Below, one piece after another: positions 23,233 through 35,797 of a stretch of 64,000 bases of DNA. A program made the position numbers and the translations under genes. Location: contig LVLI01000255.1 in the NCBI GenBank assembly GCA_001687465.1, positions 1 to 64,000 on the forward strand. The letters are read 5' to 3'. Numbering within the stretch: the first letter of the stretch is position 1; every line of letters begins with the position of its first letter. Source of the stretch: Halocafeteria seosinensis (taxonomy: Eukaryota). Under the pieces are notes generated by a model. The model did no database searches. It saw only the letters and a program-made list of their open reading frames with translations, and was not told the DNA's origin.

Positions 23233-24928
23233 ATGACGGAACAGAACAAAGCTGATGCCGGAGCTGTGCTCCGTGAACAGCAGAAACTCATGGAAGTTCT
23301 AGCCGCTGTGAAAGGTAGGTAGACTCTTTCAGCATTCCATGGTGGTGGAATATTATACAATGCCTTCGCGTTCATCGCAGCGAATAATCCGAAGGATCTG
23401 TTTGATGCTGCATCGCGATTTGCAGCTGAAAAAAATGCGACGGTGGATCACATACTAGCTTGGTTCCGAGACGGCAATGGACGGAATGCTCTTCATTTTG
23501 CGGCTAACTTTGGCTACCCGGAGCTTTGCACACAGATAGTAGAGAAGGCTCCAACCTCACTGGAAATTCAAGACAGAGAAGGTGCGACGCCTTTGTATTT
23601 GGCGGTCCTCGGAGCTAATCCCCAGGTCACTGAGGCACTGCTGGACAAGGGAGCCAACATCGACGCTGCACGGGAGGATGGGGATACGCCTATACATTTG
23701 ACGGCACGGTATAATTATGAAGACATTACTGAAATACTTTGCCGACGAGGAGCCAATCTTTCTGCAAAACGAAAAGGCAACAACAACGTGTTTCACGATG
23801 CGGCTCGGGAGGGTGCCACTGAATCAGTGAAAGTGATACTTCAGCACTTGTCTATGGAACAGGGTCAAAATAAATTGCCAGGGGAACAAAATTCCGATAG
23901 GAAAACACCCCTAATTTTGGCGGCAGAGGCTGGCCATGGAAAGACAGCTTTGGCACTGTTAGAAGCAGCAAAGGCTAGCGAGATATCATTAGATATAGCA
24001 CTTCAGGTGCAGGATACAGGGGGGTACACCGCGCTGCACTACCTAGCCAAAGAAGGCTTCCATACGTGCATTAGTTACGCTTTAGAACTTCCGGGAAGTG
24101 ACGATGTTATTGAGATGCAGACCAAAGAGCACTTGCGGCCCCTAGAGGTAAGGGTTCGACCCAGTACTTTTTCACCCAATTTCACTAGCACATCCTTGAG
24201 GCGCTAATTGCAGATAGCGGCGGGATATGGACATAGAGAGATTGCAGAGCTACTTGCAGCTCGATGTGGAGTGACGAATGAAGACCTTGAACGGATTATA
24301 GATGAACAGCAGAAGCGAGTTGCCTCAGAGGCCTCCAGAAACAGTCACAGTGAGGTGGTAGTGAACCAGGCTGCCAAACAACAGCAGGATCAAGTTAAGG
24401 ATACGGAAATGCTAGAAGAAGTGGATATGAGTATACCTCTCCCTCCAGAGCCAACCGAAGAGGGAAAGGAAAAAGCGGCTGAGGCCAAACAGTAAGTGGC
24501 GACCGCGCCTGGGACAGAAAATAGCATCATATATTTTGTACCCTGTGCGTATTTCCAGAAGAGGCAATAACGCGTTCATTCGCAAGAACTATGAAGAGGC
24601 TATTGACGCATACACAGAGGCTATCGAATTAGATGGTCGAAACGAAGCTTACTATGGCAACCGATGTGCTTGTTACCTGAAGCTTAACCGTTTGGAAGAA
24701 GCACTGGCAGATGCCAAACTATGTCGAAGATGCCAGCCTGAATGGCCGAAGGGCTGCTATCGCCATGGTACTGTATTGATGAAGATGGAAAGATATGAAG
24801 ACGCCGCGAATGTGTTTTATGCTGGATATAAGCTGGACACCAATTCTAAAGAACTGGCGGACGCGTTTCGGGACGCAATACAGAAAGGGAGAGAGCAATA
24901 CAAGCGAAATCAACAGCAAACTCAATGA
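23233..24928 (+). CDS. Ankyrin-repeat + C-terminal TPR (co-chaperone-like) protein, 4 exons
   Basis: ANK repeats GRNALHFAA, GATPLYLAV, GDTPIHLTA, KTPLILAA, GYTALHYLA; TPR KQ|RGNNAF..KNYEEAIDAYTEAI..YYGNRCACYLKL..WPKGCYRHG. Confidence 0.9.
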
Positions 24929-25044
24929 AATACCCATAGCTAATTTGAATACAAGCAACGGTGGCAAGCTCGTATGGAAATCTTGGAGCAACTTTCTCGA
25001 TCTAAATACTCGCAAAATGGGACTGCAGCATTCATTGGACACAC

Positions 25045-26162
25045 TTAATAAAGTCTCGTCTTTGTCCCCTTCCCTTGCATGACCTTATCGTATACGTGTT
25101 TCGGTACACGCGGAGGTACATCTGGCACTCTCTGAAGTTTCTTGGATTTGATCCCTTCGTCCGCCATTTTCTGCAAGAATGATTGTTCAGTCACCATTGA
25201 CTGTTGACAGCAGCATTCATCTGGGCTTACCTGGGTAACCCATTCCGGGTTGTCGGCTCCAAGGCTGAAATTTGTGCTATGTGTATCCTTCTCTACGCGT
25301 CTGTATGAGAGGGAAGAATGTTACAACCCATAATATGTACCTTCGATGATTGTATTACTATAGCACCATATCTTACTTCGTTCTCTCTGCGTTGGTGGGT
25401 GGAGGCATGAAGTTTGTCGTCGTGTATGTATGTTGGTCGTATCCCAGTTGATAGTGCACTTCTTTGAGTTTTGCGGCTCGAGCAGCAGCTTCTGCAAGGT
25501 TAGATAAGGATTATAGATAGCTGCACATCCGCAAGTGAAAAGAATGTGATTACCCACTTTTACGAGACTCTTCTCGTTCTTGTGCATTCATGGACTTTGC
25601 TGCCTCAAATTGATCTTGCATCGTCGAACTGTAGTCCGGTTTATCATCTCCCAACTTAAAATGAGTCGCTCTTAGTTCATCCATGATATTCTGCTTTCGT
25701 TGCCGCTCTTCTTGGGATTCTGCTTTTGCTTCTTTCCACTGGAAGTGGGTGTGGTAATCTGTTTCGAACTGAGGAGGGTCATGGCCCAGTGAAAAATTGA
25801 CCCTACGAGTGTCCTGCTCGATCGGTGCCGGTTTTCCTCTGGATCCAAAATCTCGGAACGAGTTGTGGTTGATACTCTCGTAGTCTGGCTTATCGTCGCC
25901 GAGAGTTATATGCGAGGCGCGTTGCAATGCCGCCAAATCTGCACATCCAGTTGCATCATTCTCTGACACCAAGCACAGCTCACTGGTAGCACATGGTCAT
26001 GTAAATACCTTCGCCGTATTCATTCTTGCCACCCTGAGGCTGGTTCTCCTGCCGTGGCCACTTGTAATCCTTGTGGTGTGTGCATGTATAGTCTGGGTGA
26101 TCGAATCCCAGCACCATATGCGACTTGCGCAATTCAGCCGCGGGATTAAAGTCGTCCGTCAT
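25045..26162 (-). CDS. SAXO5/TEX45-like repeat protein (putative microtubule inner protein), multi-exon
   Basis: Six repeats [ST/V]-[HN]-hydrophobic-x-L-G-x-D...: SHMVLGFDHPDY, SHITLGDDKPDY, VNFSLGHDPPQF, THFKLGDDKPDY, VHYQLGYDQHTY, TNFSLGADNPEW. Confidence 0.65.
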
Positions 26163-26541
26163 TCTCCTCTCTGCTTATATTACCATCGATCATACTACCC
26201 ATCTATCTCGAGAAACATAATCATCATCCATACTATAGCCTGTAGGAACGAGCGACTTGCCGTTAACCGTACTTCCTTGAAGTTGAAGCCGCGGCGCGAA
26301 CCTTAAGCTAAGGCTTAACTGGGCCACAATCGGCGTAGCCTCGGCTAACGGGTACTTACTATAGTTGAAGTTGAATACACACGCGTTCCAGGTGTGCCAC
26401 AATCATAATAATGCGTGACAATATGTGTGTCTTCGTAAAGGCTGTAGCAATGGTGTTGATTGCATGTCTATGCACAGGCTTAGCGCATGTGCACACGCAC
26501 GCACGTACGTACGTATGCTGCATAGTGCAGAGGGAAATACC

Positions 26542-27240
26542 ATGGAGTCGCATAACATCAAGCGCGTTGGTGTAGAGGTGGAGAGGGGAAGTTACGATAA
26601 GCAACACGATAACGCGAACCAGTTCGAACCGAGTTGGATTCAACGATTGCCGAATCCCTTGTACAACTACCTACACCCCTCGAAATGCTGCTGTGGGTGT
26701 TGGAGCCTCCAGACAGCCACGTACATTATACTCATTGGACGCCTTTTACATGCCATTTCAGTGGTAGTGGTGGCATTACTGGGAAAGCAACTCTATGAAG
26801 GGCACGACAAACTTGCATCCGAAGCTATCGAACCCCCGTACTTCACCGGAATGGACGAAGTATATGAGTTTCAGTACCGCCAAACCAAGTATCTTAGGAA
26901 AATAGAAGTAATCAGAGGCTGCATCATCATTGCTTCGATAGTCTATCTTAAACGTGGACTGGGCGCAGTAGGACAGCACACTATTACAGCGGATGCGGCG
27001 AAGAGCTTGAGGCGAGGCGTTTCTATCAGTATTGGGATATCAATAGGCTGGCTCTGTTTCCAATTGCTCAGCTTTTCCACTGGGTATGTTTTGGGATATT
27101 TAAGCATACGGACAGTCCTGGTCTTTGGCCTTAGTTTTGCGCTCTCAGCAGTTGTTACCCTTCACTTTGACGGAGTGGTTCTCTCACGTTGTCTTGCGCT
27201 CTGGAACGCTCGACGAGGACCCGACAAAGACGCGCCCTAA
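26542..27240 (+). CDS. Multi-pass membrane protein with HPSKCCCGC motif (paralogue of 39862-40722)
   Basis: FEPSWIQRLPNPLYNYLHPSKCCCGCWSL, about 4 hydrophobic helices, LHFDGVVLS near the C-terminus. Confidence 0.75.
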   Translation: MESHNIKRVGVEVERGSYDKQHDNANQFEPSWIQRLPNPLYNYLHPSKCCCGCWSLQTATYIILIGRLLHAISVVVVALLGKQLYEGHDKLASEAIEPPYFTGMDEVYEFQYRQTKYLRKIEVIRGCIIIASIVYLKRGLGAVGQHTITADAAKSLRRGVSISIGISIGWLCFQLLSFSTGYVLGYLSIRTVLVFGLSFALSAVVTLHFDGVVLSRCLALWNARRGPDKDAP

Positions 27241-27286
27241 TATCGGCATCCCTCATCCATAGTCCTTTCAATATCTTGGATTGTAC

Positions 27287-29720
27287 TCAGAATTTATACT
27301 TGCTGGCAAAGTCTCCAGCTGCGGCGCGGAGTATTTCATCGTCATCAATTCGTTCCGTTCCGTTGGCGCCATGCCCACCATTGTCCTCTGGCCTATCCCA
27401 AGTAGTTGTTCCGCTTGGCGGGTGGAAATAGTATACGTCGCCATCATCTGTTGTGTACGCGAACCACCCTTTCGGTAGAGACGGGTCATATATGTGATGG
27501 TTCCCCTTCGACCTCTTTGCGTTTGCTCCTTCTGCCTGGGACTGTAAATTGTCCTCGTTCGACGGCTGTTTTGTCTCGGTCCCCCTGCGGGACGCTATGG
27601 CCTTCGAGCGGGGATTGAGTTTTGGTTTGAACAGTTCTTCCCCTTTCTCATCGTGCTTTTCTAGCCACTGACGCTGTTGCTCTACTCTCGCGTTCTTCTC
27701 GCTTAGAGATTTAACTCCTTGGCGATATAATCGTTCCACGGATTCTTGCGTACCAGGCCTGATTCTGTTTTCCTTTGAGGCGTTAGCATCCTCAGCAGGA
27801 CAAGAAGACCCTGATTTCTGCCCAGTACTTTGGGTATTAGCAGTAGGTTCTGCATTAGAGAGGTTTAAAGAAGCAGCGCGAGCAGGCCTACCAAATAAGT
27901 AAGCCGCTGCGACACTGTCCTCATCATGGGTAGACGACTGGTGAGGAGGCGATGGTGGTTGGGCAGAACACTGTTTGGGGGCATCTGCCTGCTTTGATTT
28001 GGTGTTCGGCTTGAAACTTTCATAATGCTGCTGCCGAATCTTCTGCTGATTTTGGGCCATCGAGTATAATCGTTCACTGGCGTGATTGCCTGCAGACCTA
28101 CGTGGAGTATTTGAAGGGGAGCGAGGTTTCTCGAAACTTGAGGGTTTGCTTTGGGCTTTCTCCAGCCACTTCTTGGATCCCTTCGATACCTCGACGTGAC
28201 GGCGGGAAAGCTCTTTTAACTCTTGTTCCTCTCGCTGTTTTCTAAGTTTTTCCAGTTTCTCTTCCCTTTCAGCAGCCCATGAGTATTGGTCCTTCACAGA
28301 TCGCCGAATGTTCCTCGAACCCTGCAACGACATAATGATGTTAATGGTTTTGACCTCACAATTCCTAATAAGAACCTACTTCGTTGATTGTTGGTGTCGC
28401 CCGTATTTCACCTAATTCCTTTTGCTCTCTTTCCTGCTTAAGTTGCTCCACTTTTGCCTCTTTCTTTGCTTTTGCTTCTCTGTCTCTTTCGGGATCAAGC
28501 AAACTTCGACCATGAGTCCGACGTTCAGCTAGCTGCCTCGACTTTGAGCTTATTTTCGGTTTGCCTTTCACTTCGGCCAGCTCTTTCCTTTCCTGTTCCT
28601 GGCGCATGCGTTCCAGTTTTTCTTGTCGCTCCTGTTGCCGGCGCTGCGAATACGCTGAGAGGTCTTCCCCCGGAAGCCTTTCGCAGCTGTCATGAGAAGA
28701 GCGGCTCATTCCCGATGTCGTCAGATCATCCGCACTTTTCTGTGATACTGACGTCTTGCGGACTAAAGAACCTCTTCGTGCGGAGGCGCTTTGTGACCCT
28801 CCTTCTCTGGAGCTAGTTTCTGTAGTCGTCTCCTGAGCACCTGCGGCTCCAAGTAGTTTCAACATTGCGGTAATATCTTCTCCACGATATTCAGAGTGTC
28901 CGTGTTCTTCAGTTTCTGCACCTTGCCTCGAAGGAGGGGATCTTCTCCCCGAGTGGTTTCCGTCGATTTCGCGCTGCATCTCCCCGGCACCAGTCGGGAG
29001 ATGAGCTGTGGGCGCCCCCGGAGGAGTTGTGGGACGGTGTCCATTCGACGATTTGTTTGGGGTGCTTTGCTGGTCACTCCTTGTGGCTTGGTTATCTTTG
29101 GGAGGTGTTCTTTGAGTGCTCTTCTGCCGAGGAGGAGGAGACGGTTGACGTCGTGGGTGCGCCGGCACATGCTGTTTCGGAAGGGATGTGGGTGCCCGAT
29201 TTCGATCTTTCATTCCATTCGTTGAACTCGATTCTCTTTCATCATCTGCCGGCTTTGTCGTCCGGCGGTCCCTGTGGCTGTTTGCAGGATGGTTCTGTTG
29301 CTGTCCTATGGAAGCCCCATCCACTGTCGTCTTCTGCTGTTCTTCTTGTTTTTGCTGTAAAACTGAAATATACTCCCCGAAAGCCTGGAAACGTTCTTCT
29401 AACTGCTGTATGAGCTCGTCCGCTTTGGCAGCATCCTCAACGTCGTTCCAAGCTGCATGGCGCGTTGATGCCGCATCGTCGCCATCCTCGTCGTGGCTGC
29501 TATAAAAAACTGTCGTTGTTCCATTGGGACTTAGTGTACGTTGAGTCCCCACTGTACCCGCCGCATCATATTCACTATACAGCGTTTGTCCTCTCGTTGT
29601 TGCGGTTGCAGTATCGTGATGGCTTCTTTCCGGAGGAGGCGGCACCGCTTGCTGCTGCTGCTGTAGATGAGGCGTCTTTCGCGCCCCACGCTGAAATGGG
29701 TACTCCCCAACATGAGCCAT
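27287..29720 (-). CDS. Low-complexity/coiled-coil protein with repeated P-x-I-[NS]-x2-S motifs and a C-terminal WW domain (2 exons)
   Basis: WW: LPKGWFAYTTDDGDVYYFHPPSGTTTWDRP; ORFs 28365-29720 and 27287-28333 joined by a short intron; motifs KPKISSKSRQLA, TPTINE|GSRNI, FKPKLNPRSKAIA, ERLY. Confidence 0.75.
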
Positions 29721-30072
29721 ATTACTGTGGTTGGTGGTGGCGGCTATCTCTGCCCCACAGTCTGCTGTTCGATAGCGGTGCGCAACAAGCTAGCTACCTA
29801 TTCACAGAGAGATACAGACAGGGTCATTCACTTCCCGCCCACACACACACTAGGGGATCCCATGTATATGGTATATATATATATATATGTACGGTGTATA
29901 GGACAAACAAACACGGAGCAATCTACCAAATTAAACGACAAAACACTTCAAGCGCAAGCGTTAACATGCAGGGCTGACTAATACCGATAGTATACACGTG
30001 TTTGATGGGGTATATCATTTCATACTCTACTATTCCTTGCGTCCTGAGTATTATATTGTGTAGTGGGAGGGC

Positions 30073-33051
30073 ATGCAAGAGAACGAAGATAGCACGGCCC
30101 TGCGTGTCTTGCACACCCAGGCTCGGTTGCTATCCAAGCAATTCCTGCATGAAAGCGCTATCACCGTTGCTCTGACGGCGTTGGCAGACACAAAGCAATA
30201 CCGTCATGCGCTCACGAGGCTGGTCACAGCACAGGTACAGGAGCACCAGAGACTCTTGAAACAGTATGCCGTGTATCTGGAAGCACAATTCCTCGTGGGA
30301 AGTGTTTTGGATGAAGCGCAGCAATACAGGCGAGCGCAATCCCATTTGCAAATTGTACGCAAAGGACTGCAGAGTATTCAACAGGTCCTAGAGAATACGA
30401 CGGAGACGGCACAGAACGCGGCGACCGGCAAAGGGAACTCAGCAACAGTAGGGCAAGACTGCTTGAATCGGTGGATGCCACATGGCGTCGTACCCACCAA
30501 AGGGGTTCCCAATTTCTTGAATTACGCCTATGTCACGTACAAAATCGCAAGGTGTCATTTTGCGGTGGGAGAGCTCGAAGAGATGTTTCAAATGGTACGC
30601 GGTGCAGTCAATTTCTCCTTTCCCTTTGTCACTTACTAAAATGATGCCGTCCTTTTAGGCAGCTGGAATGTATCCCCTGGGAGATGAGAACCTTAGCAGT
30701 ACATTATGACCTGGGAAAAGAATACGAACGAAGAGGACACATAGAGTAAGATAACTGGCTCATGGCATGCTGTCGCTCGTAAGATAAACCAGCAATTATG
30801 CCCTGTGCTGGTTTACTGCTGCAGAAATTCATACAATAGTTATCGAGAAGTCCTACGGTAAGATTGTACACAACAATGTGGTTTTTGCTTCTCGCTTGTC
30901 ACCCGTGTTTTTATTGCTTAGTGGTACAGCGCAAATCCTTTCGCCACCGAAGTGATCGAACGCCTTTTGGCATTAGGGGTCGGCATCCACGAAGTTGAAG
31001 GTTTGCTCTCCAAGGAAATGGTCCCAAACCGATACCGACAATTCCTTCAATCTATTGCGCGTGCGATGAATGCGAAACATCAATCCTATCACCCAGCTGC
31101 ATGTAAGCGTTTAGCTCTCATGGTGGCCAATCGTGACGACAGCGCAGAATGTTCGGATACGCAAGGCACGCATCAAGGCTCGTCGTTGTTGTCATCTGAA
31201 GTGTTGGGGAGAACAACGACAGCTGGAATTACAGCCGGACAGTGGAAGGTGTTTGATGTACCGGACTGGTTGTCCAAGGCTAAGAAGCGGGTGTTGGCTC
31301 ATTTCCAGGACGACCAGCTACTCAAAAGTTCTTTCGGAATGTTTCCTGAAGGGCACGAAGCTCTAGAAACAATGGGGGCGACGTGGTTGGCTGATGCTGA
31401 TAGATATGAGGACGCCATCGTGGCTTTCAAAAGACTCCAGAAGGAATATCCTTATACCACCAATGGTAGGGACGCTTATGCTTTGATGCTGTATCGACGA
31501 GCAGTGAGCCTGCAAGAAATGTCGAAGCTGAACACTCCTGAACCGCCTTCTAAGACCCCTCATTTGCTTTCGAAGTATGTAGTGTCCTTGCTTAGTTTGT
31601 TTCAGCAAGTTTGCTCGTAATCTTGTTTTTTGGCGTTGCACAGACTGGCTGAAAATCTGATGGAAATAGATCGACACAAATTGGCCCTATTAAGTGTATA
31701 CGAAACTGAAGGAGTCGCTAACGAAGGGCAACGGCTGCAGATACGTGGATCCGGGGGAGGCACAGTTGCGCGTCCGGAGCCTTGGATCGCTGCTGCGGCT
31801 GCTGCCATTACGCGAAATGAAATTGATTGTGCAAATTCATTGTGCGATATCGCTGCTGCTGTCGATCCTTACCATATACAGACTCTCACCGTGACGGCAC
31901 TTGCTCTAACTGCGGAGAAGTCATACCATGCTGCAGTTGGATACTATTCCACAGTGTTTTCCCGACAACCCAGCGTTTCTTGCCTTTCCCAGATGATACC
32001 TTGCTCTTTCGCTTTGGATGATCCTAAGCAGGCTCAAAAGTTTGCCAGAGCTGGAATGTATAGGTTTCCAATTGATGGACGGATGCACTGCTTATACGCG
32101 GATGCCCTATTGCATGTGATGTCTCTAGAAAAGGTACAACTCTCGCCCAGTGATATCACGCACTATGCGACAATCGCGCACTCGGAATATCAGAAAGGAT
32201 CGACACTCGCTCCCTGGTGGATTAAGTGCTTCATTGGACAGGCACTAGCATTGGTGCAGAGTGGAGCCGATGATGCTATCGAAAAGGCACTCACTTGTCT
32301 TCGCGACTTGAAACAGAGGGGAGATGGTGCTGTTGTTGCGTTTCCACAGAGCTACGAGGAAGTTCAACGTTTGATGAACTCTTCTGAAAATGGCGAAGTA
32401 ATGGAGGGCGAGGCTCGTGCTACAGTACCAGGGAGCGGTATCCTCTCAGGATTTGGTGCAACTTTGGATTCTGAGTTTGCTATCGGGTCAGATCGAAGAA
32501 TAGGAGACAGCTGTCCGGAGCTGGGAATGCAGTACTCAGCTATCGTGAGCATTAAAATCGCCGAAATTCTAGCGCTATCCTCTCGGTGGAGTGAAGCCAC
32601 GGAAGAGATGAACGCTGCGCTATCTCTCTGCCCCTCGCTACCTGGAGGAAAGAAAATGTTGAAGAGTATCCAACAACGCATTGGTGGAAATCAGTCGGAG
32701 GGAGAAGACGAAGAACCAGAGGCATTGGACGCTAGTGACAACCAAGGTGAGATAGAAGGGCAGCTTCAAACCAGTGGTGACGGCGGATCTGGAGCTACTC
32801 CGGACCAGAACATGGACGAAGCGGTAATTTATTCTGGCCATTCTAGTGGGGCTGGTGGTGCCGCTGGCAGACGACTCTTTCACGACGGAATGACTGAACG
32901 TTCCGGGATAATTGATGATACAACAGAGCAGTCATTTCAAGACACTCAAGCGAGTGCTGCCTCCGAGGAACAGTACTCTCCAGGGGATTCTGGGGATACA
33001 CATTTTACTCCGAACACACGAGATGACATGGAAGTTGAATTTGACTCATGA
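30073..33051 (+). CDS. ANAPC7: Anaphase-promoting complex subunit 7-like TPR protein, multi-exon
   Basis: Spliced YKIARCH...M|LECIPWEMRT...LGKEYERRG..E|NSYNSYREVLR|ANPFATEVIERLLALGV, then YPYTTNGRDAYALML, RLAENLMEID..RPEPW: collinear with APC7 motifs as I recall them. Confidence 0.75.
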
Positions 33052-33639
33052 TTAGTTCGCAGAGCGTTCTTGGATAGATCAATGGTTCTGGTACAGTTAA
33101 AAATAGAAGGAAACAATGGAAAAAGTACTATGCGAGAGTTCGTTTAGTGTTTTCCACTTCATAATAACATTGTCACTTAGATCGTCAACTTGACATGAAG
33201 TGTGGTCACTCGGTAAGGTGCCACTACAACCGAGGTTCAGCAAGACTTACCGAATCAAATGTACCTGGGATGGTGGACCCCGCCAGCAAGATAGTTGTAC
33301 CCTGCTCGATCATCATGTCTTCATTCTGGCCACCATCTTCCTCGGTCAGATTCATTTGGGTTGAACTTGTGCTGGTGTACTGCTCTTCCCGAGCAAGGAA
33401 GTCGCACTCCCAAGCCGAGCTAAACTGTGTTGCAATACAGTTGAGTGTATTATTAGAATAGAACGTATTGGGTAGCGTACAACCGTGTTAGTGTATGATT
33501 CCCTATTTTTTTTAATTGAAGTGTTGTTGTGTTGTTGCACTTGGCTCAAGCAAGCGCCCGTTTTCGTTAAAGACGACGGCCGAGGGCTGTATGTATACAG
33601 TAGATAGATAGATAGCACTAGCACTCTCCTGTCGTTATT

Positions 33640-34374
33640 ATGAGTGCTAGAGCAGGAGCAGTGATGGGATTAGATGACGACCCTGTGGCCACCAAGGATC
33701 ACTGTCGGTATGCGTTGGAGACGATTTGGAGCGCACTTAGTCGAGACGAGCGGGGAACTAACGTGGAACCAGGCTTCAACACAGATTTTGAGACCCCTTT
33801 TTTTGTGACCCTTAAGAAGCGTTCCAACAAACGCAAGAAACACAGCCCCCCAGGGAGGTTCAACTTATGTTTTGGAGCGCGCCGTCAAACGGATACGCCG
33901 ACATCGAGTGAGGACAGCGACGAGGAAGATGGGCACTTGTTCCTACGGGGCTGCATTGGAACCACTTCACCAGCACCTCATATCGATATTGGGAAGTACG
34001 CGTTGAAGAGCGCCTTTGATGACAATCGATTCGACGGTCTCAAATTAGAAGAACTCCCAGACATTGTTTGCTCGGTGTCGCTCTTGGTCAAATACGAACA
34101 AGCCCGGAATTGGGAGGACTGGAGTGTCGGACGACACGGAATCATTATCGATTTTGAACGCAACGGAAGATCCTATCACGCTATCTACCTTCCTGAAGTA
34201 GCTTGCGAACAGGGATGGAATCAACGAGAGGCAATCGAGGAACTTGTTCGAAAATCGGGATACCGAGGTCGGATAGATGAGGAGCTCCTACATTCGATAT
34301 CACTTACCCGATTTCAAAGCACGCAAGCGCATTTATCATTCAAAGAGCTGCGCCGCTTGTATCAACTGAATTGA
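33640..34374 (+). CDS. AMMECR1: AMMECR1 family protein
   Basis: PFFVT, LRGCIGT, YALKSAFDDNRF, SVSLL, W.VGRHGIII.F, YLPEVACEQGW. Confidence 0.93.
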   Translation: MSARAGAVMGLDDDPVATKDHCRYALETIWSALSRDERGTNVEPGFNTDFETPFFVTLKKRSNKRKKHSPPGRFNLCFGARRQTDTPTSSEDSDEEDGHLFLRGCIGTTSPAPHIDIGKYALKSAFDDNRFDGLKLEELPDIVCSVSLLVKYEQARNWEDWSVGRHGIIIDFERNGRSYHAIYLPEVACEQGWNQREAIEELVRKSGYRGRIDEELLHSISLTRFQSTQAHLSFKELRRLYQLN

Positions 34375-34624
34375 GCAGGTGGTACCGCGCCGAAGGTTGC
34401 AAGTGGTAGTAGCCTAGAAACGACAGTTGAGGTACTTGGTCGTGCCTACCATAGTGTAGACACATAAATTACGAACGTTTCCCTGTGTGGTATTATTGTA
34501 CTGTACGGTACATTGTACATGTAACGAGAAGTTGCGAAAACACACTTCACTAGTGTCTCCTACTCTCGCGTTCTACAGCTTGGGTTGAAGAGCTATAGTA
34601 CTCGAGTCATCGCCGGATGGGAAA

Positions 34625-35797
34625 TTACTTGATATCAATTTTCTTGCTTTCCTTCTTTTGGGGTGCAAGTTTGGGAATGTTGACATGAAGTACCCCTTGG
34701 TCACAATTGGCTTGGATCTTCTCTTTATCCGCGTTTTCAGGTAGTTTCATAGATCGCTTCATGGCACCTGATCGGCGTTCCTGAAATTATGTAAAAGTAA
34801 GGTAGATAACGCTACTTAAATGCCTATATGGTGACTTTTCCGAAACTTACGATTCTGTGCCACTTATCGCCCTTGTCTTCTTTTTCTTCTTTGCGATCAG
34901 CGGATATTGTAAGGGTATCACCTTCCACTTCGACATTTACGTTTTCTTTGGGAACGCCTGGGAGGTCGGCTTTCAGATCGTAGCTCTTGTCATTTTCCTT
35001 TACGTCCAAGGCCATGGAGTTGAGGAAGGGAAATTTCCCACCGGGGAATCCAACTTGTTCACCAGTATCTCCTTGGCGAGGCTGCACAGCCTGGGACTGA
35101 CCTCCGGCACCTCGTTGAGGCTGGTCACCGATCAAGTTTCCAGGTTGATCGACATCGGCCATTGTGTTAAATGGATCCCACTGCAGAGATACGATAAACA
35201 ATCGGTTAATACAGTATCTATCGAAGCCGCTCACGTACTACGCAATAACTTACGTATCTTCCACCGAAGAAGTTGTCCATCATGCGATCCATCGACCGTC
35301 TGCATTTCAAGTAAATCAAAACGTCGAGTGAATTCTTAGTCTGTGTGAGAGAATTCGCAAGTCAACAAAGCCAGATAGGGTTCACCACTTTCCACCCATG
35401 CTAGTGGTTTCTTCTTCTTCGAATGTTCTACGGATGAGTCACACCAATGTCAATCCTCTAGTTAGAGAGGAAATTGTATGAGTGCTGGGAGCTACTGCTC
35501 ACATATTGCCTCTACACATAAGCGAAGTTGAAAGGCTTCCTAAAAATCAACATCAAATTGTGGCAAGGAGCCGTAATATCACTCCCACCGGAGTTCTCAC
35601 CTCTTCAATTCCTTCCACTTCTCAGACAACAGCGGTGAATTAGTAATCGTTGATATTACTTAGCACCGTGCGCAGACGCAGTACCAGATTGGATTACTGG
35701 AAAAACAACAGAGAAAATTTGGTCTAAACACGTTTGTATAGACTTACCTCATGCGGTCGAAATCGTCGAAGAACGGATCTCGTCTGAATTCTGCCAT
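34625..35797 (-). CDS. Small heat-shock protein (HSP20/alpha-crystallin), paralogue 1, 4 exons
   Basis: [36 protein letters not shown]...[76 protein letters not shown]; first intron 35747-35300. Confidence 0.93.
35421..35441 (-). promoter_or_regulatory. Intronic AP-1-like site plus partial heat-shock element
   Basis: Sense strand TGACTCA-tccgta-GAAcaTTCga. Confidence 0.5.

Noticed and set aside
29871..29888. (TA)n tract between divergent genes
   Set aside because: Ordinary microsatellite
35300..35747. Intron-encoded C/D snoRNA as the reason for the long sHSP introns
   Set aside because: No sense-strand RTGATGA...CTGA pair was found in paralogue 1; an H/ACA RNA is not excluded
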